Shown piece by piece: positions 58,174-64,000 of a stretch of 64,000 bases of DNA. Both the position numbers and the translations under genes were made by a program. How positions within the stretch are numbered: the stretch's first letter is position 1; each line of letters starts with the position of its first letter. Below the pieces are notes generated by a model that was given only the letters and a program-made list of their open reading frames with translations, ran no database searches and was not told where the DNA came from. Origin of the DNA: Octopus sinensis (Eukaryota); assembly GCF_006345805.1 (NCBI RefSeq), contig NC_043021.1:6882001-6946000 (forward strand). Reading direction: 5' to 3'.

Positions 58174-58286
58174 CCTACGCTCTTCTACAGAAAGATACAC
58201 AGAAAAAAACAAGGAGAGAAAAAAAATGTGTGTAGTAGCTAACGATCTATCAATGCCTTTATTGAAGTTAAATCTTAGTCTAATAA

Positions 58287-58762
58287 CACTGTAATAATTT
58301 TTGTCCTTGGGTAGTGACCATTATTTCCTATTTGCTTTCCCCTAGAAAGTATGAAAAATAGCTTAATATTTCCTTCAAACTTTGCTTTTGTTACATTTAT
58401 TCAAACCCCAAAGAATGCTTCTCACCACATGGCTATGATGGTCCCCAACTACTTCTGCTCATCATCAGAGATGCACATATTGTCAACCACTAAGGGACAG
58501 AGTCACATGGTTATGGTCAAGCAACTGACAAGCAAATCTGTGATAGTGAGCAGAATATTTGCTATGACGATATTTCTGTTGAATCTGTCTGAAATGTAAT
58601 GGAAAATAGGAGGTCAGTTTTAAAACATTGATGTCCAGGTGACAAAAGTAAGGTCTGAAGGGAATAGTGATTTCCTTTGATTTCTAGATAGAAGCAAGTA
58701 GGAAAAATCACTTACTAACCAATGACAAAAAAAATTAAAATTTCGTTTCATCTATTACAGTG
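58287..58762. mobile_element. MITE with CACTGTAAT/ATTACAGTG termini and internal inverted repeats
   Basis: TIRs read directly; ttccttcaaactttgctttt mirrored internally; superfamily not determined. Confidence 0.65.
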
Positions 58763-58899
58763 TGGTTATCGGTGGAAGTGATGGTGGTGGCAGCAGCAGT
58801 GGTGGTTGTGGAGGTGGTGGACTACAGGACATAGGTACAGTTTTTACATTAAGACATGTTTCACCAGCTTCACACAACCAGCCCCAGCCCATTTAAAGT

Positions 58900-59326
58900 A
58901 CCTTGGATCTTGGGGTGACCTGTTGTGCTTGAGGAGACCTATTGAGCCAAGTACATCAACATCAAAATAAAAATCAAATGGAAATAGTAGTAATGATACC
59001 CGTGCCGGTGGCAGATAAAAAGCACCATCCGAACGAGGCCAATGCCAGCGCCCCCTTGGCTGGCTTCCATGCCAATGGCACGTAAAAAGCACCAACCAAT
59101 CGTGGCTGTTGCCAGCCTCCTCTGGCCCCTGTGCCAGTAGCACGTAAAAAGCACCCACTACACTCATGGAGTGGTTGGCGTTAGGAAGGGCATCCAGGTG
59201 TAGAAACACTGCCAGATCAGACTGGAGCCTGGGGCAGCCTCCTAGCTTCCCAGACCCCGGTCAAACCATCCAACCCATGCTAGCATGGAAAACAGACGTT
59301 AAACGATGATGATGATGATGATGATG
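58900..59326 (+). mobile_element. RTE 3'UTR fragment with (GAT)n tail
   Basis: Same 3' end as other copies; an inverted copy lies at 60862-61170. Confidence 0.8.
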
Positions 59327-61879
59327 TTTCATCCAGTCAGGTGGTAAGTACAGGTTCCACTCAATATCATTACAGTTCTAACAACACAGCAAAGCTTTCA
59401 TCCAGGGCCATGCTGAGAGTATAGAGTTCCATTCAACATCTTTACTCATCAAGCAACAAAGACCTCATCTCTGGCTAGATGGAGAGAGCATGTGTATATG
59501 GTAAGTGCTGGGCTCCATTTAGCATCTTGTATCCTTCAACACAGTTAATTAGTGAGACAAAGTAATGAGAAGGGGTCTTCAGACATTGCCCCTTACAGAG
59601 ATGACAAGGGACCAAGACTTCTGGTGGTTTGCTGTGCTTGAGAAGATACCTCAAGCTAAGTAAAATCCTGGTTGTCCTTGCATAAAGGTATGTCCCCTAC
59701 ATCCCACTTCAGCTAAATGATCCTAATCTTGCAGGCTCGTCGTGAGTGCTGGTGCCACGTAAAAATCACTGAGTACACTCTGTAAAGTGGTTGGCATTAG
59801 GAAGGACATCCAGCCGCAGAACCCATGCCAAAACAGACGTGGAGCCCAAGCAGCCCTTCAGCTGGCCAGCTCCTGTCAAACAGTCCAACTCATGCCAGCA
59901 AGGAAATCAGACATTAAATGATGATGACAGAGAATGACTTCCAGGTCAGATTCCAAAAGCAGCAGGAACGCTGGTACTGGTGTTTTGCTATGCAAGGTGA
60001 CCATTTCAAAGGAGATGATGTAAAAACTTAGGTAAATAAGTTATTTTTTAACCCTTTAGTATTTAAACCGGCCAAAATATTTAATCTGTTTTATGTTCAA
60101 ACTGACCAGATCCAAGCTCTCACACCTACCCTACAATGTTATTCTAGATTAAGTAATTACACCATCAAAATCTTGAAGATATGAGATAAGGCATGATTAA
60201 ATCAAATCAATGTGAATCAATTAGCATTATGTTTGATAGAATAATCTGAACACTAAAGGGTTAAACATATCTAGTCTGGGAACTTTTAGATACCACTTCG
60301 TAAGACTTTCTAAGCAAAGGGGAAGAGAGAGAGAGAGAGAGCAAAAGAAAATGGAATAATAAAAGAAAAACAAAATGATAAAGAGTGAAGAGAGAGAAAA
60401 GGTGAACTGAAAGACAGGGAAAGGGGAGAAGTTAGAGGGTGTTCTTCATGAAGGAAGAGAGGGGTGAAAGGAGAAAGAGATAGAAAAAGGAAAGAAGATA
60501 GTGAGACTGAAAAAAAGGAAAGAAATGAAAAAAAAAAAAGAAAAAAGTGGTAGAGCAGGAAGAGAGAAAAAAAATGGGACAGAAAAAGCAGAGCAAGAGA
60601 GTAATAGAGATTTATCATCAACCAAGGTGAGTCAGTACCGAAATGATATCACCAGTGAAACGTTATTGAAACATAAACATTTCATTACTATTCCATTTAC
60701 ATTTCTACATATTCAGTTTCTCTCATGCTGTTGATTTTTGTGGTGAGGAGTTTGTTTCCCCAACTACATGGTACCCAGGGTTGGGGCTCTTCTACTATAG
60801 CCCTGGGCCAACCAAAGCCTAGTAAGTGGATTTTGTGGATGGAAACTGAAAGAAGCCAGTCATCATCATCATCATCATCATTGTTTAGCGTCCGCTTTCC
60901 ATGCTAGCATGGGTTGGACGGTTCAACTGGGGTCTGGGAAGCCAGAAGGCTGCGCCAGGCCCAGTCTGATCTGGCAGTGTTTCTACAGCTGGATGCCCTT
61001 CCTAACGCCAACCACTCCGTGAGTGTAGTGAGTGCTTTTTACGTGCCACCTGCACAGGTGCCAGACGAGGCTGGCAGACAGCCACGATCGGATGGTGCTT
61101 TTTACATACCACCGGCATGGGGGCCAGATGAGGCTGGCAACGGCCACAATCGGATGGTGCTTTTTACGTGCCTGTGTGTGTGTGTTTGTGTGTATGTGTG
61201 TGTGAGTGTGTGCGTACATGTGTGTGTGCGTACATGTGTGTGTGCATGTCATTTGTATCCGTATTTGTTCCCCCACCACTCCTTGACAACCGATGTTGGT
61301 GTGTTTGTGTCCCCATAACTCAGTGGTTCAGCAGAAGAGACTGAAAGGATAAAAAAGTAGAGGTTGATTCATTCAACCAAAACTCCTTCAAGATGGAGCC
61401 CCAGCATGGTCGCAGTCTAACGACTGAAACAAGTAAACAAATAAAAGAATAAACAAAGGAAGGAAAAAACAGGTATGGAGAAAAGAACAGGTAGGCAGGT
61501 ACGTAAGTTAGTACTAACATATTTGAATATCATGTATAGAATATCAAATATTTAACTAGAAATGAGTAAGGACAGTGGAAGCTATACTTTACTGATAAGG
61601 TCAAAATAAGACCAAAACATGTTTATGTTTATCTCCCATACTTGCATGAAAATTGAAATTATTAGCTATAAATTTATACTTATTTCTAATTAGAAATATG
61701 TTAAAACAATTTTAGTTGTCTACCTACCAATATATATATATATATCACCATATTTGTAACTGGTTAACATTTTGATGCTTCTTGCATAATCATAATTGGT
61801 GAAAGCCACATGTGCTTTGGTGATGTAACAGAAACTTTTATTTATCTTTCTAGCAACAGATGTCCATTATTATTATCTC

Positions 61880-61974
61880 CACCAACATTTCTGTCTGTCT
61901 GTCTGTCTCTCTCTCTCTATCTATCTATCTTTTTGCCTATGTATCTACCTATTTGTCTGTCTCCCTTTCTCTCT

Positions 61975-62009
<35 letters not shown>

Positions 62010-62102
62010 CCTACCTACCTACCTACATACCTACCCATCCATCCATCCACCCACACACCCACCCATCCATCCATCCACCTACCCATCCATCCATCCATCC
62101 AC

Positions 62103-62146
<44 letters not shown>

Positions 62147-62200
62147 TCTCTCCCTCTTTCTGATGATCTCTCTCTCTCTCTCTCTCTCTCTTTCCCTTTT
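61880..62200. repeat. Compound tetranucleotide array (TCTG, TCTA, CCTA, CCAT) followed by (CT)n
   Basis: Direct reading. Confidence 0.9.
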
Positions 62201-62414
62201 GCTGTCTAAACCTAACTCTCTCTCTTCCTCTCTCTCAGAGACCTACGGAGCAGGACCAGATGTGTATTGAACCTTACTGAGAGCCCAATATGTTTGGTAA
62301 ACATCGGTGAGAGCAGCAGGGGTAAGGGATAGTATGGCATCCTTGTTGTTTGATGATGGTCTTGGAGTGAAAGAGTACACAAGTAATCTGCCACATGTTC
62401 TGCATAATCCTTCT

Positions 62415-63420
62415 CATAACATCAACATTATCATCAACATCATTATCATCTTCACCATCATCACGATCATCATCATCATCATCACCGTCATCATCATCAT
62501 CATCATCACCGTCTTCATCATCATCGTCCTCATCATAAAGTTATCATCACTATCACTACCTTTATCATCATCATTATCATCTTCATCATCATCACCACTA
62601 TCACCATCACCATCATCACCACCATCATCATTACTACCATCATCATCATCTACACCATAAGCAATTTTTATCATCAACATTTTCATCTCACACCTTGTCC
62701 ATCATCAATATTCCCCCCCACAACGTCCCTTCCTCCACCCAACCCAACCTCCTTCACCACTTTGCCATCCCCCCACTCTACCCCACCTCCATTACTACCA
62801 CCAACACAACCACCACCACCACCACCCTAACCCACTTTCCTATTACCACCATCATCCTGAATTCTACTTCTATTGATTTTAGGCCAGCAAAAGCCAGGAT
62901 TAAATTTAAGTCACCCTTTAAAGGATTGGTGGTCGTGGTGGTAGTACTGGCGGTGGTGTGGTGGTGGTGGTAGTGGTGGTGGTGGTAGTGGTGGTGGTGG
63001 TGGTGGTTGCAATGGTGGTGATGATGGTGGTGGCAGTGATGGTGGTGGCAGTGATGGTGGTGATGGTAGTAGTGGTGGCAGTGGTTACCAGCATCCTAGT
63101 TGTGGTTGTAGTGCTGCTTCTGCTATTGTGACAATGGTGGTGGTGGTGATGATTATGGTGTCATTGATGACAGTGGTGGTGGTGATGGTAGTAATGTTGT
63201 TGTTGTTATTGTTGCTGTTGGTGATGGTGGTAGTCATGGTAGTGGTAATGGTGGTGGCGATGGTTGTAGGTGTGTGGTTTTGGAGGGGCTGGTGGAGGTG
63301 GTGGTAACAATGTTGCTGTTAGCTGTGGTGGTGGTGGTGCTGCTGCTGCTGTTGATAGCAATGAAAGCTGTGGTGGAGGAGTTGGTGGTGATAATCTTGG
63401 TTGTTGATGTTGTTGTTGTA
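62415..63420. repeat. Low-complexity (CAT/CAC)-rich block followed by a (GGT/GAT)-rich block
   Basis: Direct reading. Confidence 0.88.
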
Positions 63421-63882
63421 CCACTGCTTGGTACCTTGGGCAAGTGTCCTCAGGCCGACCAAAGACTTGTGAATGGATTTGATAGATGGAAACTGAAAGA
63501 AGCCCATCGTGTGTGTGTGTGTGTGTGCCTGTGTTTGTCCCCCACCCACACACACATTGCTTGACAACCGATGTTAGTATGTTTACATCCCCATAACTTA
63601 GCGGTTTGGCAAAAGAGATGCTAGAATAAGTACTAGGCTTAAAAAGAATAAGTCTTGGCTCACCAGCCCTCAGTCAAACCATCAAACCCATGCCAGCATG
63701 GAAAGCAGACGTTAAACGATGATGATGATGATGATGATTGTTTTGAATTAATCATGCATTATCTCATAGTTTTGAGATTTCAATGAAGTGATTGCATATT
63801 TTTAGAATGACATTGTAGGATAAGTGTAAGAAGTTAGATCTGGCTGGTTTGAACATAAAATGCTAAAGGTTTAATATATAGA

Positions 63883-64000
63883 CTAGCAGTATCGCCCGGC
63901 GTTGCTCGGGTTTGTAAGGGAAATAACTATATAAGCATTTTTAGAGATGTATAGTATAATAGCCATCTCAATACGGCTAACCACAAAGGGGGGTGTTACT
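63883..64000 (-). mobile_element. Helitron-like 3' end, truncated by the window edge
   Basis: ctagcagtatcgcccggcgttgctcgggtttg. Confidence 0.8.

Overview
AT-rich, intron- and repeat-rich animal genomic DNA. The SINE, LINE and microsatellite content points to an octopod cephalopod (inference). One protein-coding gene dominates: a + strand harmonin/USH1C ortholog. I assembled 20 phase-consistent GT-AG coding exons between 321 and 43826, plus one candidate 30-nt microexon. They encode about 505-515 aa: part of the harmonin N-domain, PDZ1, PDZ2, a divergent Tyr/Pro/Asp/Ser-rich linker, PDZ3 and a C-terminal PPKSYDEEITYF* motif. The first ~35 codons lie upstream of the window. The introns and the ~20 kb downstream contain tRNA-derived SINEs (at least three types, one with a Nin/Deu-like domain), RTE, RTE-X-like, CR1 and Penelope-like retroelement fragments, mariner relics, Helitron, TTAA and foldback MITEs, mini- and microsatellites, several near-perfect long hairpins and two minimal hammerhead-ribozyme-like motifs. 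I could not support a second protein-coding gene. Comparisons with human USH1C sequence and exon sizes, and repeat-family names, are from memory and need alignment or database confirmation. Repeat boundaries are approximate unless stated.
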